A stretch of 64,000 nucleotides of DNA from Octopus vulgaris (lineage: Eukaryota), in contig OX597831.1 in assembly GCA_951406725.2 (NCBI GenBank), positions 60,512,001-60,576,000 of the forward strand, read 5' to 3'. The position numbers and the translations under genes are program-made. Positions 44,721 to 56,979 of the stretch are shown piece by piece (the first letter of the stretch is position 1; the number at the start of each line of letters is the position of its first letter). The notes beneath the pieces are model-generated. The model saw only the letters and a list, made by a program, of their open reading frames with translations. It did not search any database and was not told the DNA's origin.

Positions 44721-45017
44721 TCCTGAGTGAATCCAGGCATGGACTGCTGACAGTGATGGAAGATATTTTAAGTGAAGTATTTTCCATTTTTATATGGAAT
44801 GTTTTTCGCAATTCAGTTTTTTTTTTTTTTTTGTAAAATATCTCTCATTTCAATACTTATTTATAAATCTTAGCTCTGTAGAAACAACAAAAGTATATTA
44901 GTTGTGTATTGTTTGGCCTGAGATTTTGTATACATTTTCTTCACGTTTTCTTTCTAGATATAGGTTATAGTTAATGTTTTGATAATTTACATTACTTCCG
45001 AGGTATATAAATATCCT

Positions 45018-45235
45018 ACACACACGTGCTAGTGGTAAATATAAAGTCCTTGTAATATATTCTAGTAGAATTGGTTATTTCGATCATTGATTTTTTTTTC
45101 CTTTTATTGTATAAGGTTTGACCTGACACACACGTGCTAGTGGTAAATATAAAGTCCTTGTAATATATTCTAGTAGAATTGGTTATTTCGATCATTGATT
45201 TTTTTTTCCTTTTATTGTATAAGGTTTGACCTGAC
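45018..45235 (+). repeat. 108-bp tandem duplication
   Basis: Two copies of acacacacgtgctagtgg...ggtttgacctgac, identical by eye. Confidence 0.95.
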
Positions 45236-46292
45236 GAGTGGAAAAACATATTAGCAATAATTAATGATTGGGACACTTAAAGTATACACATCTATTTATT
45301 GTTCATGTAAAGCATCTATGATATTACATTTAATACATCTTTATGCTTGTATTCTGTAATTTATCCCGTTTATTGATTTGAAATTATATGCGGTTTGTGT
45401 AATTCTCTTATATCACTAACTGAATTCTTTTAGTATTCGAAACTATCGTCTCTTCAATTTTATCATATTTAAGATATTTATGCAACAGAGATCTCTGCAA
45501 ACGTCTGCAATCTTCACTCTAAGCCGCAAAGAGAAGAATACACCTCTTCGCAAATGCATAAAGCTTATTCATGCACAAGGTCATTTCACTTATATTGTCT
45601 GAAGTCAAACGTATTGGAGATATATTTCTGTAATCATAACGCTCATAAGCAGTGGTTAATTAAGAACCAGCTTTAGGAACCTGTCGCCAGAATGGGCGTT
45701 TCAAACATAAGACTATGTTCTGCGTCAAGTAGAATTATGACACGATAATTCACAACACATTCGTTCTGGACGGTCGAAGCATCGATGCCAAACAGTAGCC
45801 AGACAGCTGGAGAGAATGTATGCTAATGTGCGACAAAAACCTATCGTATTGGATAACAGAATCCTCATACCGCTCGAACGACCGTGAATAAACTACAAGA
45901 ACTTGAGTGAATTGAACCGATGTCACACCAATCATATAGACTGAATCTTGTTCCCTTGGATTATTACATATTCTCATCCACGTCTTCCTCACTGGCAATG
46001 ATTCATCAACGTAGATGAGGTGAATGCTTCAGGGAAGGAATTCTCCGCCTAGAAGGAGAAGAACAGGTTTGAGTGTGGAATCAAAGAAATGGATGGATGG
46101 TGGCTTCTCACGGTTCACCACGATAACCGCTACTCTAAAGACTGAATTTGTAACTTGACAAATAAAGCAAATCAGTTAGTTACAAAAATATTGCAAACCT
46201 TAACACAATAATTATGTATATCGGAAACTATTTTACTTTTATTCTAAGATTTGTTCATCTTTAAGTATAATAATTCTGTTTACATGGTCTCC

Positions 46293-46343
<51 letters not shown>

Positions 46344-46365
46344 TGTACGTATGTATGTATGTATG

Positions 46366-46405
<40 letters not shown>

Positions 46406-47044
46406 CAATAATGACTGGGGTTGGATAAATTAATGGAAACATCGTAAAATTGGATACAAATTTAATATGCTGGGAGTCCGCCTTTGGCAATAATTACAGC
46501 TTGAATTGTTTCCAAACGAAATTTTGTCTATTTTCAGCTAAAATATTCACCCGTTCTTGTAGAGCTGATGGTGGATGATATCAACTCATTTGCTTTTCTA
46601 AATTGACCCATAAATTTTCAATAATAATGAGATCTGGGGACTATGGTGCCCAAATAAGATGTTCAGCTTCACTAGAATGTTCCTTATGCCATTCATTAAG
46701 AACGTTATCTGTGTGAATTGGTACATTATCATCCTGAAAGATTGCGTTTCCCTCCGGAAGCAGTTCCGCAAACATAGGATATATTTCATCAGAGAAAATG
46801 CTTAAATAGTCTTGACTATTAATTCTATCACAAAGATAAACCATTGGGCCAGCAGATGTCCAAGTTATAGCCCCCACGCCACATCGTCACATTCCTCCTA
46901 CATGTTTAGCAGTTGGAAGATGGCAGGCTGGGTCAAATGCTTCTTTTGACTTTCTGCACACTTATAACTCGGCCGTTGGTTGCAAATAAGGTAAAGGATG
47001 ACTTGTCCGAGATAATAACATTCTTCCGCTGTTCTAGGGACCAT

Positions 47045-47288
47045 TCTACGTTGATGAATCATTGCCAGTGAGGAAGACGTGGATGAGAATATGTAATAAT
47101 CCAAGGGAACAAGATTCAGTCTATATGATTGGTGTGACATCGGTTCAATTCACTCAAGTTCTTGTAGTTTATTCACGGTCGTTCGAGCGGTATGAGGATT
47201 CTGTTATCCAATACCATAGGTTTTTGTCGCACATTAGCATACATTCTCTCCAGCTGTCTGGCTACTGTTTGGCATCGATGCTTCGACC
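47045..47288 (-). repeat. Inverted copy of 45772-46015 (244 bp)
   Basis: Reverse-complement match with one difference noticed; the twin ORFs 45750-45998(-) and 47062-47292(+) differ at one residue over their shared length. Confidence 0.95.
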
Positions 47289-47489
47289 TTAGCGCCTGCC
47301 ATAAATGTACAAACTATTTGACCTCTTTGAAAGTCCAAAAGATGTGTCACTTCAATGAATTCTAATTACCTTTTTCAGATGATATATGAAAGGAAAAACA
47401 ATTTTAGCAAAATATATTAAGGAACACTAATAATAAACCCCAAAACAAAAAAAAATGAACATGTTTTTGACGATTTTATAGATATTTCA
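47286..47489 (+). repeat. Direct copy of 47789-47992 (204 bp, Tc1 5' region)
   Basis: accttagcgcctgcc...atagatatttca occurs twice, with about five differences by eye. Confidence 0.95.
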
Positions 47490-48155
47490 CTCCACTCTAA
47501 TCGCTTTGCAACGTTTGTTTTTGAAAGTAGTGGTGTTCTGATTACAGCACTCCCATGAAATCCGGCTTTGTACAACCGTGTAATTTGTACAACAGCAGTA
47601 ATTTGGGGAGCTGTATTTTGGGGATCCATTGTCACAATTTACGCAAGGGTCCGACGGTCCCTATCTGAAAGGTTTGTTTTTTTCAGGAGTTTTATTACAA
47701 CGAGGAAGTTTTTCTCTCTTTCTCAAATGATGTCATTACTTTCGAGACAGTACTTCTTCGTACAGCAAACATTTCGACTGTTTTCTTTACCTTAGCGCCT
47801 GCCATAAATGTACAAACTATTTGACCTCTTTGAAAGTCCAAAAGATGTGTCATTTTAATGAATTCTAATTACCTTTTTCAGATGATATATGAAAGGAAAA
47901 ACAATTTCAGCAAAATATATTAAGGAACACTAATAATAAACCCAAAAACAAAACAAAATGAACATGTTTTTGACGATTTTATAGATATTTCAAAAATTTG
48001 ATGCTATGACGCTAGGTGCTTTCATTATTTTGTCCAATGCCCGTGTATAGATGTGTGTATGTGTGCGTGCATATGTGTGTGTGTTTGTGTGTGTGCGTGT
48101 ATGTATGTGTGTTTGTATGTGTGCGTGTATGTGTGTGTGTGTTTGTGTGTGCGTG

Positions 48156-48197
<42 letters not shown>

Positions 48198-48754
48198 TCT
48201 ATTTAAGCATGACAGAAGTATTATATGCATAAAATTCAAATAAAGATTACATTATTTATTTGAGGACTGTCAACTTTCATAATTTTTGTCAACGATGTAT
48301 TATAACGTCCCTGTAATTGTGGAATGCTTAAGGATTATCAAAGATTTATTATCTCTTTTGAGTATTACTTCAACTCCACACTTCTAATTCTAGCAAGGAG
48401 CGACATTAGCTCTTGTTTCTTCGAGCCTATAGAAGTTTGAGCATACGTAAGTAATTAATATGTTACCGCCTAAAACTGAATGTTTTGCCACTGTTGGTCA
48501 TGTTTATCTTACTTAAACAAAATACCTTTTTATATCAACAGAAGCCAGTCTATCAGAAAATAATTAGTGCTGAAAACGATATTAAATATATGATAACGGA
48601 AACAAAATCTTAGCTATTAGAAATGGAAAAATCCTTTGCTTATTCAACAAACACATATACACACATGCAAGGACACACAATTTATTAATGAAATCTCTTT
48701 TAATATTACCTAGCTACTATACAAATATGTTTAATACGAATTATAGCATAATAT

Positions 48755-48960
48755 TGGTTTCAAATTTTGACCAATGACCAGCAAATCCGGTGAGGGGAGA
48801 AGAGTTAAGACGATTACATGAACTCCTACACTCAAATGGTACTTATTTTATCAACCCTGAAATGATAAAAAGCAAAGTCGATCTCGGAATCATTTGAATT
48901 CAGAACTTAAATCCTGTAGAAATACTGCTAAGCATTCGTCCGGCGTGCTAACATTTCTAC
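48755..48960 (-). mobile_element. SINE family B, degenerate
   Basis: ggtacttattttatcaacc...gcaaagtcgatctcgg...tgctaagcatt homology to the other B copies. Confidence 0.75.
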
Positions 48961-49253
48961 ACGCAGGGCAGAATGTTTGACGTTATTTCTTTCGGTTTTA
49001 TGTTCTGAGTATCATAATATCGTCGATGAATATTTAATGAACATGGTATAATTCGAAGCTTTGTGGTATGTCTATTTGAGACTGAAAGTTCGAAGTAGTG
49101 TGTTTTGGTAAATGTTTACTAAATTGAATATTATATTAGATTGATGAGAGTCTGAAGTTCAATGACGTTCATTTCAAAATGATACCGCAAAGCGCACCAT
49201 GGATTCATTATTATATTTTTCTTCAAACAAAACATTATTCTTTGAGCTGTACG

Positions 49254-49316
<63 letters not shown>

Positions 49317-49946
49317 CAAACCAAAACTGATTATACTTTCGTAACAAAAATAGAAAATAATAATTACATACTTATGTATTTTCTTCATTACTCTTAACTT
49401 TTCAATTACTATTTTCCATCTTGTCATTGTCCATGCACAGGGAAAGTGAACAGCAATAGTCTATCCAACCCACACTCTCATTCGTAAGAGCTGAACTCAT
49501 TGTTATCGAATAATAACCGTCTGACAACTCGTATAACTTTGCTGTAGAAAGTCATGAAGGCATATTTTCTTATATAATGAACTGTTATAGTGAAGTAGCA
49601 CAATCTTATATATGTTTATGTAGTTCATACGGTAAATATTTGAGATAACCACTTGCACACAAAGAGTTGCACATAAATACACTAACACTTAGATGCTTAC
49701 GAAGACAATAGAAATTTTATTGATCTGCTTGAAATATCTGGCAAATCTCATACATCACACATACTTATCATACTTGTCCCACTCATACGTTTCTTAAAAT
49801 GACGGAATCGGAATCAGGCGATAAAATTTTGTTCAATAAACTTTTCTGAAATCGAATAAAAGATGGACACGCCTAGAAACCATTTCTGCTCGGTAAATTT
49901 TGATTTCGACAGAACTAAATTAAGCATGCCTAATACACGGTGCTTT

Positions 49947-50010
<64 letters not shown>

Positions 50011-50012
50011 CA

Positions 50013-50052
<40 letters not shown>

Positions 50053-50105
50053 CAACACTACTACTACTACTACCACCACCACTACCACTGCTGCTGCTAC
50101 CACCA
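49947..50105. repeat. (CTA)/(CTG)/(CCA) compound microsatellite
   Basis: Trinucleotide runs; source of the poly-S/L/T/V ORFs. Confidence 0.9.
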
Positions 50106-52524
50106 GCCCCGCGATCATCGTCACTACTGCACACAAGAACATTCAAGGTATATTAAATAATATGAGTTGTCATAAATATATAGTTGTTACAGGGATAAAT
50201 GAAAGAATATATCTATAGTGTTTAAATATTTTCACCATCTTGGCGTCAGGGACTTGAGCTTATATATCATGATATTACATGACATGTATGAGGAATGTAT
50301 CTCTCTGTGGATGTGTTTCCCTTGATTATATATAGCGATTATCTACGCCTTGTTCAATGTTATAAGAAAAAGATAGATTAAGGAGAACGAGGTGAGGCAT
50401 TATATGTTTGCAATTTTGGATAAGAATCTCCCTTATCTTGCAAAAAGGACACCGCATGAATTAATTTAAGCAGATTAGAAATCTATGTCCCACGGACTGC
50501 AAGTATCACCTAAACGGTTTTCCATATATTTTAGTGTGTTTGACCAGAAAATAGGTTTAAGTTTTAGGATTAAAATGTCGGAGCTTATATTTAGGATTTG
50601 ACATTAAAGCGAAGTGTTATGTTTTGGATCAACAGTTAAGATTTTACTTTCAGCAAGGGTTTAGTGTTCGGGTTGGCCTAAGGTTTTATAATTAAAAGTT
50701 TCTTCATTACGACTTTGCTCAAGTTTAGGGCTTTAGTGATTATTGTTGGGGTATATAATATGTACCGTTATTCTTAGTGTTCAGGGTTTAGTTAATGCTT
50801 ATAGACTTGTTTTGATGTTAAAAGTTAAGGGTAACATTTTGAATAGAGGGTGGGGAATACACTTTTGCGTATTGGATGAAAGTAGGAAATGAAATAGAAA
50901 ATTATGTTTAATGTTAGGACATGTGCTGTAAACAAAATTTCATATAAGCCGAATTATTATTTTCTATTTTCTAAGTAAAATTCTCCTGTGTCGTAACGTT
51001 CTTATCTATCTCATAAAACAATGCCTATTTTAATTGCCATTTTTGATATCTTTTTATATATGATTTCTCAAAAGTACAACATTAAGAAGTCACATGATTT
51101 TCTTAATCGCTATGAAGAACAAACCCAAATTTTTGTCATTTTTCATAGTACCATCACAAAAACATTGATATATTTTGTTAGTGAAATTTACAATAAAGAT
51201 ATAAAATTTGAAAATACTAAATTTTCTATTATTAATAGATACTAAACAAAGACTGTCATTTTGACATATGTCGTTCACAGCTGCATCTGTGTAGGCATCC
51301 TCCACAAGGAACTTGCAGCGAAAGTGCATGGTACTGATTACAGGCTTGGCATACTGCCTGTCATATAATTCGTTTTACATGCGCTTTTATATTCTTCTCT
51401 TCCGTTTTACGAATTCAGTGTGCACATGCTCAGTGAGTGCCCATACATCGCTTGCCAGTTCCCACTGAGAACTGTTGACAGATCACAACCATCTCATGAA
51501 CCTGCAGTCGTGAGGAGCGTTCCGTGCTCAGAAGTTTGCAGAAAAACATAAGTCTCTTCCGTCAAATACTGCTGACCTAGTAAATCCTTATTTGTATAAA
51601 ACTCTACGATATGAATAATCCAACGCGAAAAACTGTGCAAAATCATTTTACCTCATAGACATTACAACAAAATCTCACGAGACGTAAGGAAAGCAAAAGA
51701 AGGTATAAGTGCTGTACTAAGTACTGTTGGAGTTGAATACTTGGAATACGGAAGCGTCTACTTAATCACGTATTTCGCTTGAGAGTATATAATGTGCTTC
51801 ACATCAAAAGCTAATGTTTTTTTGGAAGAAATATATACTAATACACATCTAGATCTAAGCTATCTAAAATCAAAATTCACGGTGCGGAGGAATAAAAATA
51901 TTGGATATCGGTTTTACACAATGATGAATTATTGTAGATTAAATCACCAGCATAGAGGTACGAACGTCTATTTTATCTTTCATATTTGGTAAATACGTAT
52001 AGATATATGAAAGATTACATAATTTATCTGATACATCAAGAATTGTCTACTTACACATACTTTACATTAAACATGGGTGCGTGAGGCATACATTTCCGTT
52101 CAGTGGAAATATCTGAGATTTGGTTGAAGAATATTGTAGACATGCTACGCTATTGCGTGGAAGACAGAAGAAAACAATTATTTATGATGAAAATATGAAT
52201 ATATCTAAGGTATCAAAACTTAAAGCAAGGAAATCGTGCCGCCAACGGTAAAATTGACCCCCCTCGGACCCGGATGACGATGAACTGTTGGTCTTCTTTT
52301 ATAGAGGCGGAGAGGTGGAAAAGGTAGTGAAAGAACACTACGAGGGAATACCTCTAGCATTCACACAGGATCCCGAATGGCCTCCGCAGATAGCACGTGT
52401 TTCTAAAGCTGAAGCGACTAGAAGAGGAATATCGCTCGTGGGCCGGTGACGCCAGCTCGGAGACCGCCTTCATTTTAAATGAAGCATGGACTATTGTGAC
52501 TTACACGGACACAAGCGACGATGA

Positions 52525-52884
52525 GGTGGAAAATTGACAAGAGGCTGAAAAGCTTCAGTATTATAATGTGTAAGAGGCTCGGCGTCTCATTTGTAAATGG
52601 ACTAGTGTTGATTGTATATTGAATATTTTATTGTATATTATTGCTTATTTTTGACTATTAAGTCCAATAATTGTAAGAACTGTAGTGAGATGTTCAATAC
52701 CTCGTTGCGGTGAAAAATTTGACAAGAGGTTGAAAAGCCTGAGTATTATAAGTGTAAGAAGCTCAGTGCCTCATTTTATAAATGGACTGAATATTTTATT
52801 GTATGGTATAGCATGTTATTATTTGTAATGGACTATTAAATCCAATAATTGTAAAAACTGTCGTGAGAAGTTCAATACCTCGTT
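52525..52884 (+). repeat. Diverged tandem duplication of about 180 bp (52525-52706 and 52709-52884)
   Basis: ggtg.aaaattgacaagagg...gttcaatacctcgtt occurs twice. Confidence 0.9.
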
Positions 52885-53024
52885 TTGTTTATTTTGTTGG
52901 CAAAAAAAAAGAACAGTGTTTTAGAGAAGCAGAAATTCGGCGGGCATTTCTTGCACTCTCTCATCAATATCATCCTTGTTTCATCATTCACCTCATCAAT
53001 GTATATGTCCGGCAAATCTTAATG

Positions 53025-53176
53025 AAATAAAGTAGCTTGCTTACCAACCACATGATTACGGGTTCAGACCCACTGCGTGGCACCTTGGGCAAGTGTCTTC
53101 TGCTATAGCCTCGGGCCAACCAAATCCTTTCGAGTGGATTTAGTAGACGGAACCTGAAAGAATCTCGTCGTATATA

Positions 53177-53227
<51 letters not shown>

Positions 53228-53447
53228 GTGTGCGTATGTTTGTGTGTCTGTGTTTGTCCCACCAACATCACTTGACGATCGATGCTGCTGTGTTTACGTC
53301 CCCGCCACTTAACGATTCGGTAAAAGAGACCGATAGAATAAGTATTAGGCTTACAAAGACTAAGTCCTGGGGTCGATTTGCTCGAATAATGGCGGTGCTC
53401 CTCCATGGCCACAGTCAAATGACTGAAACAAGTAAAAGAGTAAAAGA
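53025..53447 (+). mobile_element. tRNA-derived SINE family C with internal (TA)n
   Basis: GGGTTCAGACCCACTGCGTGGCACCTTGGGCAAGTG head and core; tail GTAAAAGAGTAAAAGA. Confidence 0.85.
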
Positions 53448-54109
53448 TAGAGTAATGCTATTACACTCACCAAACACTACAATCTACACCACATTCACAC
53501 ACTCAGTCTCATATGTGTAAATATATATCCATATGCACATATATGTGTATGCATGTTTATATATAGATAAATGAGGCAGGGCGGATAGATATTGATGTAT
53601 GTGTATATAGCATTGGTATACGAAAGAGAAATACCGTTCATATTAGCCGGTTCCTATGTATTATGTATTACGTACGTTTTGCGTCGACGGAAATGATGAT
53701 GTGGTTTTGTTTCACAGAAAATCTATTAATAGGAAAGTAAACAGGAGATGATGTGCTAAATATACAATGTATATCGCGGCGAAACGAACAACACTGCAGC
53801 AGTGAGGAACGCATGTTTGTTCGGGCCTCATTGAGCGTTGTCAATGATGTATACTGGCTAAGGACGACAACACAAAAATTATACAATCAGATATGTAGGA
53901 GACAGAAAATAATAAATTTTTCGATTGTGCTTTACAAAAACTATTTAAATGAAGAGGAATTATTGCCAACAAAATCACATCATCATTTGAGACAACGGTA
54001 TATATTTTTCAGGATCTTTTCGGTTTGAACGGCAGTTTTACCGGTGTCATATTAAATTTTCACCCATAATTATGACCCTAGTATCGATCTATTGCATTTC
54101 AATCTGTTC

Positions 54110-54161
54110 TAGGGTTAGGGTTATTTAGGGTTAGGGTTAGGGTTAGGGGCGGGGGGAAGGG
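54110..54161 (+). repeat. Interstitial (TTAGGG)n tract followed by G-runs
   Basis: tagggttagggttatttagggttagggttagggttaggggcggggggaaggg. Confidence 0.9.
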
Positions 54162-54837
54162 TATCATTTTTTTTCTCAAGAAATGTAAATAAACCCAATC
54201 TGTTTCTTAAACGAGGGACATATTCATACGGCACAGTATGTTTCACCTCAATAGACGGTCATTGATTGATTGAGATCGCAGAAATTGAAGAAAAATATAA
54301 CAACAAATGCCTTACAAACTATAGAATTTTCTCAATAAAGCCAAGAGAAAAAGATGCTTTATAAACACATTCTACCAGTATACGAAGTTTAAATTTTTTT
54401 ATATACCTAGAAACTATGTTAAAGACTTATCACTTTTTAATAACTTTATAATTTAAAATTAAAACTAGGATAGCTAGAATACTGGTATTTATCACTTTAT
54501 TTTTTGCACTTAGCTCTGTTTCAGGTCTTAATGTTTTTGCTGTAACATATCTTTCATATCTCTTATTTATATTCTGCGTAGTATCCTACCTCACTCATGA
54601 ATTTTAAAATTTCTGTATACCTGTCTTTGATCTAGTTGCATTGATCTAGTTTCTACATGTGATACGATAGTGCTTCTTTTAATTCATTTTCCATTCCTCT
54701 AGCTTCCTTTGACACATATTTCTAAACCGAATCTCATATTGACTTATTTTATAAACCCATGAATCCTCTGTAGTAGAGTTCCCAGTTGTTTATTATTTGC
54801 AGCATGCAACATGAGGTCATCCATATAGTTGAGATAT

Positions 54838-55048
54838 ATTTCTTTATTGCCGACAATGGGCTAAACATAGAGGGGACAGACAAACGGATTAAGTCAATTA
54901 CATAGACTCCAGTGCGTAACTGGTACTTAATTTATCGACCCCGAAAGGATGAAAGGCAAAGTCGACATCGGCGGAATTTGAACTCAGAACGTAACGGCAG
55001 AAGAAATACTGCTAAGCATTTCGCCCAGCGTGCTAATGGTTCTGCCAG
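54838..55048 (-). mobile_element. SINE family B
   Basis: Reverse-complement homology to 32650-32860. Confidence 0.88.
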
Positions 55049-55309
55049 AGGATTGCTTTACCACAGCCATTGTATATCTGCGTGGTTCTCTTTAGCATGA
55101 CAGTTAAAAGTGACGATGCAGAACGGAGGATTAGGGAGAGAGAGTTTCTTTGAGACATACCTCTTCTAATGGGGGCGCGTTTAGGATTTATAACTCGCTG
55201 TTATGTCTATAAACTATTCTATAAACTATGTCTATAAACAATTTACAATTTACTCATATCATGTTTTACGTATACTAGTAATGCTGGCGTGGTCTTACTC
55301 ATAGCTTTT

Positions 55310-55356
55310 ATTAGCATCATCATCGTCGTCATCATCATAATTATTATTATTGTTGC

Positions 55357-55426
<70 letters not shown>

Positions 55427-55513
55427 ATTATTATCATTATTATTTTTTTTATTATTATCATTATCATTATTATTTTTATTGATATTATAATTATATATTA
55501 TTTATTATTATTA

Positions 55514-55556
<43 letters not shown>

Positions 55557-55790
55557 TATTTTTATTGATATTATAATTACATATTATTTATTATTATTAT
55601 CATGATTATTATTATTAATAATATTTTTATCTTTTTTATTATTAGTAGTAGTAGTAGTAGTAGTAGTAGTAATAGTAGTAGTAGTTGTTGTAGTAGTAGT
55701 AGTAATAGTAGTACTAGTAGTAGTGGTGGTGGTGGTGGTGGTGGTGGTGGTTGTTGTTGTTGTTGTGGTGGTGGTAGCGGTGGTGTTGGT
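55310..55790. repeat. Compound (ATT)/(AGT)/(GGT)/(GTT) microsatellite
   Basis: Trinucleotide runs. Confidence 0.92.
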
Positions 55791-55799
55791 AGCAGTATT

Positions 55800-56040
55800 G
55801 CAGCACTCGCCATGAAAGAAATGCACTGACGATCGCGAGATCGTGGTTTCAATCACTAGACATTGCGGTGCGTTGTGTTCTTGAGCAAAACACTTCACCT
55901 CAACTTGCTCTGCGATCAATTCGACACCTGACGCGTGGTACACCATGTACCTGGTCAGGCAAGGTCGATTTGATGGAGGAAGTAGGCTAAGGTTTGGCAC
56001 GTACAATTGATCACTCTAAATAATTTTGTGTAGGTCTTTT
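55800..56040 (+). mobile_element. CORE-like SINE with a distinct tail
   Basis: GGTTTCAATC B-box-like motif followed by GCGTTGTGTTCTTGAGCAAAACACTTCACCTCAACTTGCT. Confidence 0.65.
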
Positions 56041-56414
56041 GGCTCAAGCTGAACGCTCATACTTCGTCTTCGGCTGGTGAGTCTACTACTATTATTCTTG
56101 TTGTTTTACTTCTCTGTGTTCTATCGTGGTTATTTTATTTGACGTCTCAAGCTGAATTAAGCTTCTGTGGGAGATAGAGGCAGTGGATGTCTGATACCTA
56201 CATATATATGCACGTATGCATCATGGCCAGTTCAAAATGCCCGCCCTTTTATTCCATGTGAAATATGGTCAGAATATCGCCGCAGTACATACAGTGACGA
56301 AATAAATTTAAATTTATATAAGTATGGATAAGATCGTTAATTTGAAAATAAAATAACGATTTTATCAAGTGGTCAGCATGGAAAGAAACAACCTTCAAAG
56401 GTTATAATTATTAA

Positions 56415-56778
56415 AATTATAAATTATCTACGAGATCCCAGCATGCTGAAAGTAGCAGCCATGACCTGCCTTTAAAACCACCTAAATTATCCTGGTATAC
56501 GTTCGTATATGTGAGTATTCGTATGTTGTATGTATATATATATATATATGTATATGAATCTATGTTTATTTTCTGTGTGTATTCTACTGACAGGGCAAAG
56601 CATTCATAAATGCAAAGCAGAAATCCGGGTCTAGAATTATCCATTATTTTTTTACTAGTTTGAACTTGTCTCTTTGTTTTTTTTCTCCGTGTTGATATAT
56701 GGACAATTTAGATGGTTTTAAAGTTAGATCATAGCTGCTATTTTCAGCATGGTGGTATCTCGTAGATACCCTAATTTA

Positions 56779-56783
<5 letters not shown>
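56415..56783. mobile_element. Element with about 80-bp inverted termini enclosing a hammerhead motif
   Basis: 56415-56492 is approximately the reverse complement of 56701-56783. Confidence 0.8.
56581..56637 (+). ncRNA. Type I hammerhead ribozyme motif with a variant core
   Basis: ATTCTA CTGACAG GGC AAA GCATT CATA AATGC AAA GCA GAA ATCCGGGT C TAGAAT: 6-bp stem I, GUC triplet. Confidence 0.65.
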
Positions 56784-56837
<54 letters not shown>

Positions 56838-56901
56838 CTCACGTATACGCACAAACACACGCACACACTCGCACACACACACGCAAATATATATATATAT
56901 A

Positions 56902-56979
56902 TTTACTTGTACTTGTGGTGACATTCACCCTGGGTGGGTTGAGTCGGCTTCTTCTACCACCCTCGAGGCAGCTCGAACC
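56902..56979 (-). mobile_element. 5'-truncated 3' end of the RTE-derived element
   Basis: Matches the reverse complement of about 12418-12492. Confidence 0.8.

Larger units (their letters stand above)
46462..47853 (-). pseudogene. Tc1 DD34E transposase pseudogene, interrupted at 47045-47489
   Basis: MTHLLDFQRGQIV, KAGFHGSAVIRTPLLSKTNVAKRLEW, WSLEQRKNVIISDKSSF, IFQDDNVPIHT, WAP*SPDL.IIENLW, AKGGLPAY*. Confidence 0.92.
46411..48047 (-). mobile_element. Tc1-like DNA transposon with both TIRs
   Basis: Left end ggggttggataaattaatggaaacatc; right end reverse complement tacacgggcattggacaaaataatgaaagcacc; TA at 48046-48047. Confidence 0.92.

Noticed and set aside
45750-47292. Duplicated small gene (twin MPVRKTW ORFs)
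   Set aside because: A by-product of the 244-bp inverted copy; non-ATG start and no recognisable domain.
51250-51560. Additional mariner fossil
   Set aside because: Only vague ILH.EL and SAHTS similarity, too weak to call.
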